A stretch of 63,179 bases of DNA, filler included, from Lenisia limosa (GCA_001655205.1; 17 parts of 17 records of this genome joined end to end with filler, not necessarily neighbours in it), one strand, 5' to 3'. Counted from the first letter of the whole stretch, positions 49,992-63,179 are shown. Program-made: numbers and translations. Notes: a model not told the origin generated them from the sequence alone.

Positions 49992-51521
49992 GCCGCATAA
50001 GCCGTCGCCGAGCCACACTCCGGTGCCCCTCCATTCCGTCCAGCCCGGGTATAGTTCGGTTCCGTTACACACTCCAGGTAAAACGTATAACTCCGTTCCA
50101 CTTCCGAGCCCCAGTCCGATCTACGACTCTGTCCCCTTATATGACTCTCCGAAGCAACATGTTTCAGTGCCACTCTATCGAAGCCCTTCAAAATACGACT
50201 CTATCCCCTTATACGATTCTCCGAAGCAACACGCTTCAGTACCGCTCTATCGAAGCCCTTCAAAATACGACCCCGTGCCGCTTTATGACAGTCCGCGACA
50301 GGTCAGTGTTAGGGCTTCATCCTAGTTCGAAACAGATAATATGTACACAATGGATATCATGATTTTTCGAGAAATTCAATCCTTTTTTCGGATCGGGGCC
50401 CAAGTAAAAATGTGGATGGTGGGGTTTTTTTTTAGAGTATTATTTTATTAAGAAGAAAGTTAAAACAATACGTAAACCCTCAGAAATCATTACAGAAGGG
50501 TAATTCAGCCCCTTTTTTTTTACGATTTGAGCCATCCACACCAATACGCGTATTAGAAATAAATCTAAATATTATTGTAGAAATGAGAAAAATTACAGGG
50601 AATATCTGGTCAAAGCAGGTGCAATATATTAAGAAATTTCACAACCCTTCCCACCACCACCACCTCATATATTTTGTCATGTCTTGCTGTAGTTTTGGAC
50701 AACAACAGAATTCTTAGTTTCTATTCCGAAAGTGAATGTTATTTATCGAAACTATTATTCGGTTTTTTTCTGTAGCCAGAAGCTCAAAACTAACCGCTGC
50801 AGCATGAGCCTGTGCCTCTGCATGCGACCGTCCCCTCTTCCCGTGGTCTCTTGGAGAAACCAGATCGTGGGCAGGGAAGAGAGTACCAGTGATGGGGGTG
50901 GGGTATTGAGTGCCATATCATGACAAACACAAAATACTATTAGTCGTGACCGATTTGCATGTGTAGGGCTTCACTTTGGTTCAATAAAAGACTGAAATTC
51001 TCGATAAATCCTCGATAATAATCGATATTTTTCTGGTCTTTTGCCAAGTGAAGCCCAAGCTATGCGGTTTCCCAAGGAAAATAAGTCAAGACTATCTTGG
51101 TCAGCGTACTTTTGATATTTTCACTACCTCCGAAAGTTTAAGCCTGATATATCGAGAAATTCATTAGTTTCTTGTCCTAAAATTCACTCCCACTACTTGA
51201 AATAAGCTGTCGTTATGGATTCAATTGGGTTCATTAATATTCTGCTATAATCCAATATCCAAAAGCGCGATGACAGCTTCGGCCAAATTTTATTTGTCAT
51301 CTTTATATATTATATTTATCGATACAGTCGAACCGAAAGTTCGCTTCATAGGCCAACAACGCAAGCAAAAGCCCATAACCGTGACCATAAAAAACAAAGC
51401 TGCCGCCGCGGATGCTGCTGAGGCCTTGAACCTGACTAAACCCGACCTGACAAAGATTAAACGGGTGATCATCCAAGACCCCCAGATACCCTATGTGAGA
51501 GGACATTGGTATGATGATAAG
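49992..51521 (+). CDS. Hypothetical protein with a Tyr/Pro-rich 12-aa repeat array (partial)
   Basis: Exon to 50301 has seven 36-bp units (YSSVPLHTPGKT / YNSVPLPSPSPI / YDSVPLYDSPKQ / HVSVPLYRSPSK / ...). Exon from 50803 continues HEPVPLH; exon ~51330-51521. Third-position differences between units indicate coding. Confidence 0.65.
50310..50403. mobile_element. MITE-A, diverged, just inside an intron
   Basis: TAGGGCTTCATCCTAGTTCG ... TCGAGAAATTCAATCC ... GGGGCCC. Confidence 0.65.
50942..51106. mobile_element. MITE-B interrupted by a nested MITE-A (50964-51058)
   Basis: B left part AGTCGTGACCGATTTGC-ATGTG, then a full MITE-A, then GCTATGCG and B right part TTTCCCAAGGAAAATAAGTCAAGACT.ATCTTGGTCA. 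Confidence 0.85.
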
Positions 51522-54384
51522 GTTCGTTACCAGTTTATAATACTTCATACATCCGTTTTTCTTGTTGCTTTTGGTTTATTGTCTTGTTCTATAGGTTTTT
51601 TCCTGTTATTTGAAATTTGCTTGATCGAACACTTTTGTTACCTTGTAGAATGCAAGACACCCCTTTGGGAGCCAACCTCCCCTTGACCTTTCTGTCGGAG
51701 ATGTAGGGAGGGCGGAGGGATCGTTTGCTGAGTTATTTTCAGGCTTTATCAGTAATCTGATTGTATTAAGTAATATTTGTATTGAATACGTAAACAGAAT
51801 ACAATCTGTGTTTGATTGTTTGAGAGGATTTGCCCTATATGTTTGTCAAGTTTTTTCAGGTTGTTTTTTCATTTGTTTGTGTGATTTATACCTTTATACC
51901 AAGATTATTCATCGNNNNNNNNNNNNNNNNNNNNNNNNNNNNNNNNNNNNNNNNNNNNTTAATTAATTAANNNNNNNNNNNNNNNNNNNNNNNNNNNNNN
52001 NNNNNNNNNNNNNNGGGGGGGGTATTAATATGGGGTTTACATAATGGAGTGTTAATATTAAAAACAAAAACAACAGAAATGAACATGTGATACATGTAGT
52101 ATATATTGTTCCAGTATGCAATATATTAATGTGACATGATGGTATATTACCGTTTGCAGTAGATAATGATCATTTTAATTTACATTTGGAATGTTCTTTG
52201 GCTTGATCGTTGGCGCCAGTCTCGGCAATTTGTTGTACCAAGTCTCGTGCAGTTCTATTTGAATGGCGAGAGGAAGTCTAAAAGATTATATGATTAGCCA
52301 TATGAAGAAGATGGGGACGATTGTGAACACACTCACTGGGGGCAAACTATGGCGCCAGGTTTGGGGGTGTGATGACCGTTGGCATAGATGTGCACATGAA
52401 GGAACATTGGGAAGCCCCTTTCTGAGCCACTTGAACCTCTCGGTGGATCTTAAGCCCTTCTTTCGCAGTTCCTCGTCGATAGACTACAGATGTGTTCACA
52501 GGTTAGTTTTNNNNNNNNNNNNNNNNNNNNNNNNNNNNNNNNNNNNNNNNNNNNNNNNNNNNNNNNNNNNNNNNNNNNNNNNNNNNNNNNNNNNNNNNNN
52601 NNNNNNNNNNNNNNNNNNNNNNNNNNNNNNNNNNNNNNNNNNNNNNNNNNNNNNNNNNNNNNNNNNNNNNNNNNNNNNNNNNNNNNNNNNNNGAGGATTT
52701 CTCCATGTCATCTTTGATCAAAAAATAAGGACAAATGTTGACTAACAATCATCTACAAGTGAACAATGGAGACAAAATCATTTTGATTTGGCACCTGTAA
52801 TTATAATGAATAGCGGGTCTGAATTAGAATAAGCTCAGTATAAGAAAGAGTATTGATATCAATCCTTCAGCTCCTGTATGTTGATAGTTCGCCTCCATCC
52901 TATCATCTTACAAGTATGGCTTAGTTCAGGTTTGACATGGGGAAGAATGCACTGAATCTACTTTGTAGACTATGGTGTTCTTTTTGAGAGCTCAATCCTA
53001 CACAGGTTATGAAGCCTCTGGGATCACCCAAATTTTCCCCACGCCTTGTGTCGGTTGGGAATAATTTATTAGTTGAAGAAACCTGAAGAGAGAGGAAAGG
53101 AGAGGGGGAATTCCAGGCTGAACCTTTCTTCACCCATTCATTTCTAAGTGAAGGAAATAAAAAAAGGAGAGAAAAGGATGGATTCGAAAAGACGGCGAGG
53201 CGGCATGCAGACCACTAGAGTGAAGGGCACTATGACAAGGTAGGAAAAAATAAGGTGCCTAGATTTTCGGAGTGTTCTGTTTTGACGTTCTTTTTGGTTG
53301 AACAATCAGGATAATTGAATAGAAGTTTATAAGATACAGGCCATAGAAGTCGGCGGGTCCCACAAGGGNNNNNNNNNNNNNNNNNNNNNNNNNNNNNNNN
53401 NNNNNNNNNNNNNNNNNNNGAGACAATTTATGATTTCTTTTTCCTGTGAGACCCGGGCAGCTTTCAAAGCCATTTTGTAGAGATTGGTTCATTCAAGCGG
53501 CAGTAAGACATTCCGTTGGTCATTGATAAAAAGTAAGAAAAGAAGAGCTTTAGGGACGGTATTGTGAATACTAGTGGTTCTTTCAAAAGCCAATATTGTG
53601 GCAAGGTTTACGGCCCTTCCTGCCCCTTTGCTAAAAATAATAATAGGTTTCGTTGAAAAAGTTGTATTTCACTAATATTCTGTGCTGATATCTTCAAACT
53701 AGTATAATGATTATATTTCAAGCCATTTACATCCCTCATAACAAGTCAGATACCCAAAAATGGTGAAATGAAGGACACTAATGAGTGAATGTGAACCAGA
53801 GCTTCATTTCAAAGTTGGTTGTGTAATTATGCTTATTAGTATTTTTAGAAGATCACACAAATAGTGTATCACTCATCATATTTTACCATTATATCGTATG
53901 ATTATGGGACTTTATCACCCACAACGTACTCAATTGTTTCCTTTTTTTTTTTTTACNNNNNNNNNNNNNNNNNNNNNNNNNNNNNNNNNNNNNNNNNNNN
54001 NNNNNNNNNNNNNNNNNNNNNNNNNNNNNNNNNNNGATCATTCTGACATCAATTTTGAGCTGGTGTTTGATAAAGGCAGCGAATGAATGATTATGCAATC
54101 AAAATGGCAGAAAAAATCCTGGGTATGTTGTAATTTGTTGTAACATATATACCTATTTGTGGAAGGAGAAGTTGCTGAGCTGTTTACTGTCTCAGGTGAG
54201 ACTACTTCATTTAATTGTGCATCCTTGTTCCAAAAATCTCATCAAGAGTTGTCAAAGACCGAGTGAAGGCAATAATGCCATATTTTGTCAAAAAAAAATG
54301 GAAGTTCAGAATAATCAAGCCGTTGATGACTGGGATGATGTTTCATGGTTCGTTTTTCTTACCTGTATACGTGAGCGCAAACAC

Positions 54385-54663
54385 TAGCGGCTGTCCTTGA
54401 TGTCGTATGCCTTCAGCATCTACCTGAAGGGTCAAGGAGTGGCCAGCAATGTTCATATTTCATTTTTTGTGACTATTAAGGTGATTGATTCGCTGTCCAA
54501 AACCGGGATGACAATGACGTCTGGACACATCAACAAGTTCCACACTTGCATTGCTTGTCTGAAGACCGGAGCTGACGCAGAGTCATTGAAGGACTATAAC
54601 GCGGCGATATGTTACGATAAACTTAGGATTGCAGGCGTTTGTGGGACAATTTATGACACATGA
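54385..54663 (+). CDS. Hypothetical exon pair weakly resembling the region upstream of DUF6589 (transposon-like)
   Basis: LMSYAFSIYLKGQGVASN | VIDSLSKTGMTMT...ICYDKLRI; the similarity is from memory only. Confidence 0.3.
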
Positions 54664-56426
54664 GGAGTACATATCATATCATATGCATAATAAATATTAT
54701 AATACATAGTATATATATAATCATATAGTATATGGACATCATTCAAAATTCTCGGACACATCAAAACTCCCTAACAGCTTGAAGTTGACACCTTGTATAG
54801 GCCATTGCTAGTGTTTTTTGAAAAAATGCTTCGCAGATACATAGAGAAATGGACCTCCTAATGTTCCCTAACTTTTTTTTTTCAATTTTGAGCAAATGTC
54901 AAAAATCCGTGAATTTGGTCCCGGGGGTCCCCCTTTTGCCTTTTCACAGGATTTTTTCTGAATCTTACCCTCTTTTAGTGTTAAGAATACAAAAATTTGT
55001 ACCCCTTGGAGTAATTGTTTCCGGTTCCCATTTGCTTTGGCATGTAATGATGAATTTTGAGGTCCCAAAGCCCTGTGTCGTCTCACTCTTTAGGGAGAAA
55101 ACGCATTTTTGACACGGTTTCTTAGTCTGTATATGGTAGTAGAGTTTCTTTTTCTTTCTTGTCTTTCTTTTAATTTATCACATGGGATTTTTCATTGTTG
55201 GAGTGATACTTTAAGGCAACTTAGTACAGAGGGTATTTTAAAATACTTAGTTGGGCTCCGTGTAATTAATAATAGCTAAATGTGATTGGGATATGTTATT
55301 CCCTTTTCAGACACAAAATTTCTAATTTTGTCAATATTCANNNNNNNNNNNNNNNNNNNNNNNNNNNNNNNNNNNNNNNNNNNNTTAATTAATTAANNNN
55401 NNNNNNNNNNNNNNNNNNNNNNNNNNNNNNNNNNNNNNNNTATACTATGATATGGCTTAAAATTTCGGGAGGAGTGGGGGGGGGGAGCAAACCTCCAAAA
55501 GAGTCTCCCCGGAACCGGTCTTGATGATATTTAACGAGGCTTTTGGCAGGCGAGAGAGAGTACTCCACATTCCGTTACGATGATGTGAGGTCTAGGTATT
55601 ATTAGAATGCTTCCAGACTGTTTTTTTTATATTTAAACACAGTCTGATGCAGGTAAACAAGCAAAGTGATGAGGGGATATTGATGACAGAATAAGACACA
55701 AGACCTAAAGTTTATGTGCTAGAACTAAGCTAGATCTTTATGCTCCTAGTTTCAATAGAAACTTACTACAAAAAAACCCAAATGTTTTAATCAAACTATG
55801 TACATAGTATGAATTTTATATTTTTGTTTATATAGTATCTATCCTATGGATTCATTCTTTACATTTTCGTCCCTGGTTTCTTTTTTCATGATGTTTTCTT
55901 TTGTAAACCTTTTGTTTGAGTGAAAGATCGCTGGGTTCACACAAACATTAAATGTTATCAAATACAACCAGTATTATATCAATGNNNNNNNNNNNNNNNN
56001 NNNNNNNNNNNNNNNNNNNNNNNNNNNNNNNNNNNNNNNNNNNNNNNNNNNNNNNNNNNNNNNNNNNNNNNNNNNNNNNCTTAAGTTTCTAATGTACTTA
56101 TGATACATTGTTTCTCTTTTCAACTTGTATCACTATTTTCTATTGTATGTCTTCTGAACCCTAAATTATAGTTTGAATCCCCAGATATATACAATGTCCT
56201 CTCTGGTCTAATCCTACCAAAACCGCCCGAAGACAGGCACAGTAGAGTAAGTCATCCTAAGGTGTTAAAACAGTTTTCAAATATTAACTGAGCCTCAAAT
56301 TCCCAATTTTAGTTAAAAACGCAAAACAAAACCAAAATACATACTTCCGTAACAGGTTTCTTTTTGATTGAGTGCCTTGATTCATAACATGTTTACAAAC
56401 CCCAGATTCACCAATGAAACATATCA

Positions 56427-56490
56427 CACCGTTCATATATCTGTGAATTTTCCTCTATCTGTGAATTTTTTTGAAATATATGAAAAATTT
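56427..56490 (+). repeat. Family E terminal repeat copy
   Basis: CACCGTTCATATATCTGTGAATTTTCCTCTATCTGTGAATTT. Confidence 0.7.
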
Positions 56491-56655
56491 TGCTGAAAAT
56501 ATGGCATATAACTAAGAGAATTGTCATAACACTCTTGTTGCTAACAAAAATGACANNNNNNNNNNNNNNNNNNNNNNNNNNNNNNNNNNNNNNNNNNNNT
56601 TAATTAATTAANNNNNNNNNNNNNNNNNNNNNNNNNNNNNNNNNNNNNNNNNNNN

Positions 56656-56800
56656 CTGGGCTTTGTTTGGAGTGATGGGGTGCGATGCTGCAGGCCTGGC
56701 CTGGCCTTTGTTTTATTGTTATCAAACCTCGTGCGTTGTCAGCCAGCAGAGTTGATTTGGATTTTTATTTCTAACTTTCCAATTTTACCCCCCTCCCTAC
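56656..56800 (+). repeat. Repeat family C, near-complete copy
   Basis: GGAGTGATGGGGTGCGATGCTGCAG ... GTCAGCCAGCAGAGTTGATTTGG ... TTCCAATTTTACCCCCC. Confidence 0.8.
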
Positions 56801-57384
56801 AGGTACATTCGAGGCGATAAGAGGCTGAAGTCTATTCTTCAGAGTATCAGCACCTCCCCCCACTGCCTCCAGGTTAATGGGAATATTTGGTGAAAATAGC
56901 CCCGGGGTGGGGGGGGGGGTAAGATCCAAGAGCTTAATTTGTCCAGATTTTGATTAAAATCGTTTAATTTGCTATTTTTTTTAAAACATAAAATAGAAAA
57001 ACCTTGAAGAAAAAAACAAAAAACAAAAAACAAAAAACAAAAGACCGCCTCTATTGTTCCTGATTTGCCCCTGATATTGCAGATTTTGCGGGTGGTCGGA
57101 CTTACAGCCGCTCTGCAGACCTGTAAAAAAGTGGGAAAGGGGGGTGGGGATGTAAGATATGATATTGATAGGGGTTCACTGTCTTGCAGGGGGGGGAGGG
57201 ACATAGTTACTAAATACAACTAGATTTAAAACAAATTAAACTGAGATGAACTGAACTGAGATGAACTGAACTTTTAGACCTTCGCAGCTTGCCTGCATGG
57301 AATCGATGCTGTTTTGGACAGTAAACGTCAGAAGTACCCTGCTTTTGCCGCCCTCAGTAATAAGGTGGGGGATTGGGGTTTTCC

Positions 57385-57457
57385 TGTTTTTGTTTTTGTT
57401 TTTCTTTGTTTTTCTTTGTTTTTCTTTGTTTTTCTTTGTTTTTCTTTGTTTTTCTTT
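57385..57457. repeat. (TTTTTCTTTG)n decanucleotide tandem repeat
   Basis: Direct reading. Confidence 0.95.
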
Positions 57458-58055
57458 AACCACTCGTCAGGAGTTGACCGAGGTGATCGCTTATCAACAC
57501 CAACATCCAACGCACACAACTTCTTATGTTCACCTGGTATGATGGTAAATGTGAGGTTTTTACTCCGAAAAATCGCTTTTACGATATTATTTGTGGAATA
57601 TACATAAAGCTGTGTGGACAGAATTGTATGGAAAATGATTGTGTGAAATAATATTAGACTATACAATCCAAAATCAATATAATACTAATCTATCCAATCG
57701 CCCTTCCCATTACGTGGAGCTTTGCTGACATTGTTCCTTTTATTATCTTTCTGAATATTATAAACAATTTTTTCAAACTCATACTCATTAACAATAACTC
57801 TCATCTAATCGATTGCGCAAAAACAAAACACATATCTCTTCATTATTAATACTTATTGCCTTATATACTCATGCCACAAAACCCAAAATTAACACACTCA
57901 GCTTTTCCCTGGAGTTGTTGGAGTGGTCACAGAGACGCCCAGTGATACTGGCATCCCACAGGTGGGCCAAATTTTAGAATTCTGTTCATATCATGCGGAT
58001 TGAATTCTGTTCATATTGTGTGGACCAGAAAACTGGACGTGTGGAATATTGTCAT

Positions 58056-58155
58056 TAAGGCGTCACTTCGGTTCGTAAAAAAACTGAATTTCTCGATAAA
58101 TCCTCAAAAACTATCGTTATTTTACCGGACTTTTTCGAATCGAAGTGAAACCCTA
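58056..58155. mobile_element. MITE-A, full length
   Basis: TIRs present, 100 bp; TSD ATTGTCAT / ATTGGCAC. Confidence 0.88.
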
Positions 58156-58861
58156 ATTGGCACTTGAGGATATAGTACATGTGTGTATTTTCTAATTGGT
58201 GTATATATAGTAGTATAATGTATGTATTATTGTGCTGTGTGTAACTCATTTCAATTTTCATTCAACGTCCCGCACTTTTCCGAGGGAACATACCTAGTAA
58301 TTTGACCCTCCCTCCGCCTAGATTCCATCAGTCAGCTTGGCAGACGGTTCAGTCCTCCAACTCTTACCTCCACCACGCGTACACGGTTGGTTCCTTTTAG
58401 CCAAGAATTATAATGTTATAAATAGAATGGGAGGGGTGCATGTCATCAACATACTCATTTATGCTGGGCTTCCGTGCAGTTAATTTTTTGAGGAAATTAA
58501 TTAACAAAAATTGAAAGTGTCTTCATATTTCAAAATTAGTTTTTTCAATGAATTACGTGGAGTTGTGGTATATGTTACATTATCAATCTCAACAATACTG
58601 CGGTGCTGCAGAAGCGACTGGCCTCGACTTTGTTTGTTTTGNNNNNNNNNNNNNNNNNNNNNNNNNNNNNNNNNNNNNNNNNNNNNNNNNNNNNNNNNNN
58701 NNNNNNNNNNNNNNNNNNNNNNNNNNNNNNNNNNNNNNNNNNNNNNNNNNNNNNNNNNNNNNNNNNNNNNNNNNNNNNNNNNNNNNNNACGTAAACGAGT
58801 GAACGTGCGTAGTTTAGATTTAGTGTAATAGATATTGACAGAAGCACAACAGTTATGATTC

Positions 58862-58899
58862 ATCAATCGTCATCATCATCATCATCATCATCATCATCA
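58862..58899. repeat. (CAT)n microsatellite
   Basis: Direct reading. Confidence 0.95.
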
Positions 58900-59619
58900 C
58901 GCTGCAGGACGTAGCGTTGGAATGGATCAAGATGGGCCCAAGCCCTGTACTAGTTGCTGCAAGAATGGTGGGGGGNNNNNNNNNNNNNNNNNNNNNNNNN
59001 NNNNNNNNNNNNNNNNNNNTTAATTAATTAANNNNNNNNNNNNNNNNNNNNNNNNNNNNNNNNNNNNNNNNNNNNCCAGGCAATACCCCCCCCCCCCTTG
59101 ACTCAACGTACCATTTTCGAAAAGCTAGGAACTGAATGCAACTGGGTAGGTAAAACTCTTTCTTAAATGGAACGAAAGCTCTTGCTTAGAGTACAACTAT
59201 TCCTCAATTCAACTAAAACGCACTGGACCACGGAGCGGTGTTAGAGGGGGAAAGTACTGTTTCCGCTTCTATTACTGTTTTGGTTATAATAAATAAATAT
59301 AATCGTTGTTAAGGTTTCGGGAGGAAAAAGGGGTCTCAATCACAAAAAAGCCAGCAAAAGGAGGAAGGTGATCATAGTTCTCTTTCCCTTTGTTCGAAAG
59401 AAAAACAGCAAAACAGGCCCAACAGGCCTCTCCAACCCCTTCTACATCTCTTTTTATTTGTATTTAATTTATATTAATAAAATAGTAAGCAGAAACAGCG
59501 AAAACCATCTGGTTACAGAGCTTTGCCAACCTCATCCTTCGCATCAGATCTATCCAAGGTTTGCTCATCTCTTTTTCTCTTTATACATATGTATTATTTT
59601 ATAAGAGTATAGTAATGAT

Positions 59620-59700
59620 GAGATAAAACAATGCTGTATCTGGCCGAAGCCTTCCATACCATCACGCTTAGAAGAGATATTGGATTTATCAATATTAGAA
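59620..59700 (-). repeat. Repeat family D, reverse orientation
   Basis: GTATCTGGCCGAAGCC.TCCATACCATCACGCTTAGAAGAGATATTGGAT. Confidence 0.8.
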
Positions 59701-62334
59701 GCAAGTGACTCAATTTACACATTACGTTGTGAATGAGAAAGCAATATGTTGTTAACCCATGATAAATAATAATTTTCATGATAAAGCAATATTATTACCA
59801 TGATAAAGCGATAATAATGTGTTTTTNNNNNNNNNNNNNNNNNNNNNNNNNNNNNNNNNNNNNNNNNNNNNNNNNNNNNNNNNNNNNNNNNNNNNNNNNN
59901 NNNNNNNNNNNNNNNNNNNNNNNNNNNNNNCGGCTTCGGCCAGATACCAGCTTTTTTATTTCCCATCGCTATTTCGTATCAACTTGTGTGATATGGCCGA
60001 CTTAGGAGTTGAAAGGTGAACTGAGACATGTTGGCCTATTGTCATACGAGTGGATATGATGTATCATGCTACTGCGTGGAAAATAAAAGTCGTGTGAAGA
60101 TGACAGAACAACTGATATGGTGAAGCATGGGTGGAATTAATGATGATTAAGAACTCAAATTATTCATGTGTATGGAATACATAAACACCACAGGACGAAG
60201 CCAAGCAAAGATGCTGTCCCTAGTGGCTCAACATACATCCCGTCTTGGCGTCTTCGTGGCGCCTCGATCCGCCCCACTTTTGGCCAGGGCATTTGCTGAC
60301 CTCTCAACGAAAAAGTATGTTGGACCTGGGGTATAAATACATCTATGATATATTGATATGATATGATATAGTCCGAGACCCCGGTACAGAAGAAAAAAAA
60401 GAATTCTTGTGGAACTCCCCATACTGTGGCCAAGACGATGTAACTTTTCCTGAAATGTTAGTCAAATGCTTGAAAACACCAAAAAGTCTCCGTTTTCAGA
60501 AAGTTGTATATTGTCCACGAAATTAGTGACGAGGTGTTAGAGGATTTACCCCCCCCCCCAACCAAGTTATAAAGTCAANNNNNNNNNNNNNNNNNNNNNN
60601 NNNNNNNNNNNNNNNNNNNNNNTTAATTAATTAANNNNNNNNNNNNNNNNNNNNNNNNNNNNNNNNNNNNNNNNNNNNGAGATACAATGGGTAGACGCCA
60701 TGATTATTGCAATAATTTTCCATTTTTACCCCCCCACACACGCACTCACTATTCACATGTAGTATATATCACAGTATAATATATATATTACGAGATAAAA
60801 AAAACAAGGTTGTATCTGATCGAAGCCATCCACAACACCCTTTCGCAACCACAGGTAGTGGGAGGGTTTATGGTGGGAGTTTATTGCAATATCATACTGT
60901 GAGATATTTCGGGAACACCTATTTTGAGGGTTCATTTTTCATGATTTGATCCCCCCCCCCCCNNNNNNNNNNNNNNNNNNNNNNNNNNNNNNNNNNNNNN
61001 NNNNNNNNNNNNNNNNNNNNNNNNNNNNNNNNNNNNNNNNNNNNNNNNNNNNNNNNNNNNNNNNNNNNNNNNNNNNNNNNNNNNNNNNNNNNNNNNNNNN
61101 NNNNNNNNNNNNNCAATGTAAGCTATTGCTAAAGCTTCCCTACGGCAAAGACCAAGTTATTATCTCAACATACAGCTTTCTGCGTACCTCCCATTGCAAC
61201 TTAAATACGTAGAGATAAGAAATAAAAGCAGCTTAAATACAAATAACTTCCAAATTCCCAAGACATACGCCACGACCCTCATACACGCATTGTGCTGAAT
61301 CTAAACGATGAGTAAAATAAATGGTAACCAATCTGTGAGAGAATAGAGGGTTTCCTTTAAAAGAACGAAGGTAAATATTTGACCCAATCCACTTATAAAT
61401 AATAAAGATACTCTTATCATTGAGATCATCAAAATCCAGTGGATCTTGGCTTATAAACTGAATGAGAAATGAAAGAAGGCAATTCTCCCTCAACGCACTT
61501 TCAGTGGACGTGGAATACGAGCTCATAGAGCTGTACGTGGTGCTGGTGTAGTCGTTTTCATCGCTGGTGCTGAAGCCAGAAGCTGGACCATAGGGTGGCC
61601 TAAAGCGTAACAGGTTGAAAACAAGCAAATGAAAGAAAACCTAAAAGAGGAATGAGTAAGGAAGAAGACATGATAATGAGACAGGGTTGAAGACGGGCAA
61701 GTCATTCGCTTCGTCAAGAGAGGTAATAACAACGTGGGAGTTCATATTAAAGACGAATGACACTGAGAAGGTTTTACACAACGTCAAAATAAGGAGGTTC
61801 GTGGGAAACTCACGAGAGATACACGGAAGGACCCCAAGAGCTGCTGAGGTCGTGATCGTATTGAAGGTAGCCTTGGCCAAGGGTAAGGTGCCAGAGAGCT
61901 GAGTAGAGTAGAAGCAGGAGGATCGAGTGGACCTTCATCCTGGATGGTTCCAATGCGCTCTACAATTCGCGGTATTTCCTCATAACTACTTAAATACGTT
62001 AAAATTATATAACAGCTGTTAAAAAGCACAGTTTAATCTAGCCTCAACTATCAAAATACGCTTGCAAAAGATAACTAATCAACCTTGTCAGATAATGACC
62101 CACTTATCTTTAATATGATACGTATATGTAGTCTCTCGTTCTCTTAACGAAGATTTCTGGGCGCTGGGACCGTTCGATGCAACAACAGCTGTCGCGGCCG
62201 TCGGAAACGGTTAGTATTTGTGCCGCCCTTCTCTTCAAAGGCCTCCTTTTTTTTCCTCTTGTGATTAAATCTAATAGATTATACTATCCCACACCCCTTC
62301 AAATAAAGCTTATCTCATACGTGAACCTGCGGCA

Positions 62335-62695
62335 ATGAAGACCTTATTCTGGCTCTGCGTGCTTGCCTTCGTGTCGCTCTGTGCTGGAAAAGAAAGGGTT
62401 GTTCTTTGCCTTGATGGGTTTGAGGAAGATATTGCGGCTTATTTCACTGTAACTCCCAACCTTAATCAAAGTCGTTATAATCATTTCGCTTCTACCCCCG
62501 TTTAAACCATGACAACATAGCACATACAAATACCATAAAAAAGGGATAGTTGATGCCTTTGACGCGGTGATGCTGATCAAGCACAATAGCGACTCCTGTG
62601 CTGTGTGTTCGTTTCCTCACAGATTTAGAACCGACTCAGCAGCCTTGGCTCTGGCCGATGACATTCTAAGCAAAGGTGGGTAAAAGAAGGGGGAT
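62335..62695 (+). CDS. Putative hypothetical protein with an N-terminal signal peptide
   Basis: MKTLFWLCVLAFVSLCAG-KERVVLCLDGFEED, followed by GT-AG-bounded exons. An alternative frame is also open. Confidence 0.35.
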
Positions 62696-63029
62696 GGGGC
62701 ATTTTAGGCAAGGGTTGCAAGATAATAATAGCAATAGTCTGGTAACAAGTATTGCTGGATGATCTGGCAAACAATTATTGAACTAAGCTTGCCTCTTCTA
62801 CTGTAATCATCACACTCGTCATCATCATCGCCCCAACATCATCTTCATGACCACAGCTTTCAAAGAACATGCTCTAACTGGAATTGTCATTTTTCCCTTC
62901 ATTATCCTCACAAACTCACGAATAAAACATAAACAGATTTACTGGTGACATACATATCATATCATATGATATACATAGCCATTTTACCTCCAGATGAAAT
63001 ACATATCATAAACATACATGTATAGCAAT

Positions 63030-63172
63030 GAGAAATATAAAATAAGGTTGTATCTGGTCGAAGCCCTCCACACCATCATGCTTAAAAGAGATATTGGATT
63101 ATAATATAATATTAGTTCACACAAATCATTTGTCTTACAACTGTGCACGTAGTGCCTCCCAACATACATAGC
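63030..63172 (-). repeat. Repeat family D, near-complete copy, reverse orientation
   Basis: AATAAGGTTGTATCTGGTCGAAGCCCTCCACACCATCATGCTT..AAGAGATATTGGAT ... CAAATCATTTGTCTTACAACT ... GTGCCTCCC. Confidence 0.8.
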
Positions 63173-63179
63173 CACTTTA

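Noticed and set aside
15472-50403. MITE-A as an introner (intron-creating element)
   Set aside because: In TreS, the CCCH gene and THADA the element lies inside introns whose GT and AG are outside its boundaries.
61560-61628. FRPPYG as a NodB polysaccharide deacetylase motif
   Set aside because: The FR codons coincide with a likely intron acceptor (TTTAG), and no TFDDGP or HTxxH motifs are nearby.

Overview
AT-rich eukaryotic (protist-like) nuclear DNA with GT-AG introns, some only 31-35 bp. I could not identify the organism; twinfilin plus a spliced TreS would fit an amoebozoan, but that is inference. The window is not contiguous biology: 16 artificial 100-bp spacers (44 N + TTAATTAATTAA + 44 N) join 17 short scaffolds, and there are many further N gaps. 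Genes recognised by manually splicing exons: a ubiquitin-like protein head-to-head with an NSUN6-like m5C methyltransferase; SRP54 head-to-head with a TIS11/ZFP36-like tandem CCCH protein; a roughly 20-exon bacterial-type trehalose synthase (TreS, GH13); an RWDD2-like protein; THADA/Trm732; a twinfilin C-terminus; ankyrin fragments; and a YxxP-repeat protein. Three intron-containing DNA transposase genes are present (pogo-like DD35D, a degenerate DDE_1-like gene, a piggyBac pseudogene). Non-coding space is dense with short interspersed repeats: a ~100-bp hAT MITE (about 22 copies, 8-bp target duplications), a ~78-bp TA-flanked Tc1/pogo-type MITE (8 copies), and at least two unclassified families. 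No rRNA, tRNA or CRISPR array was seen.
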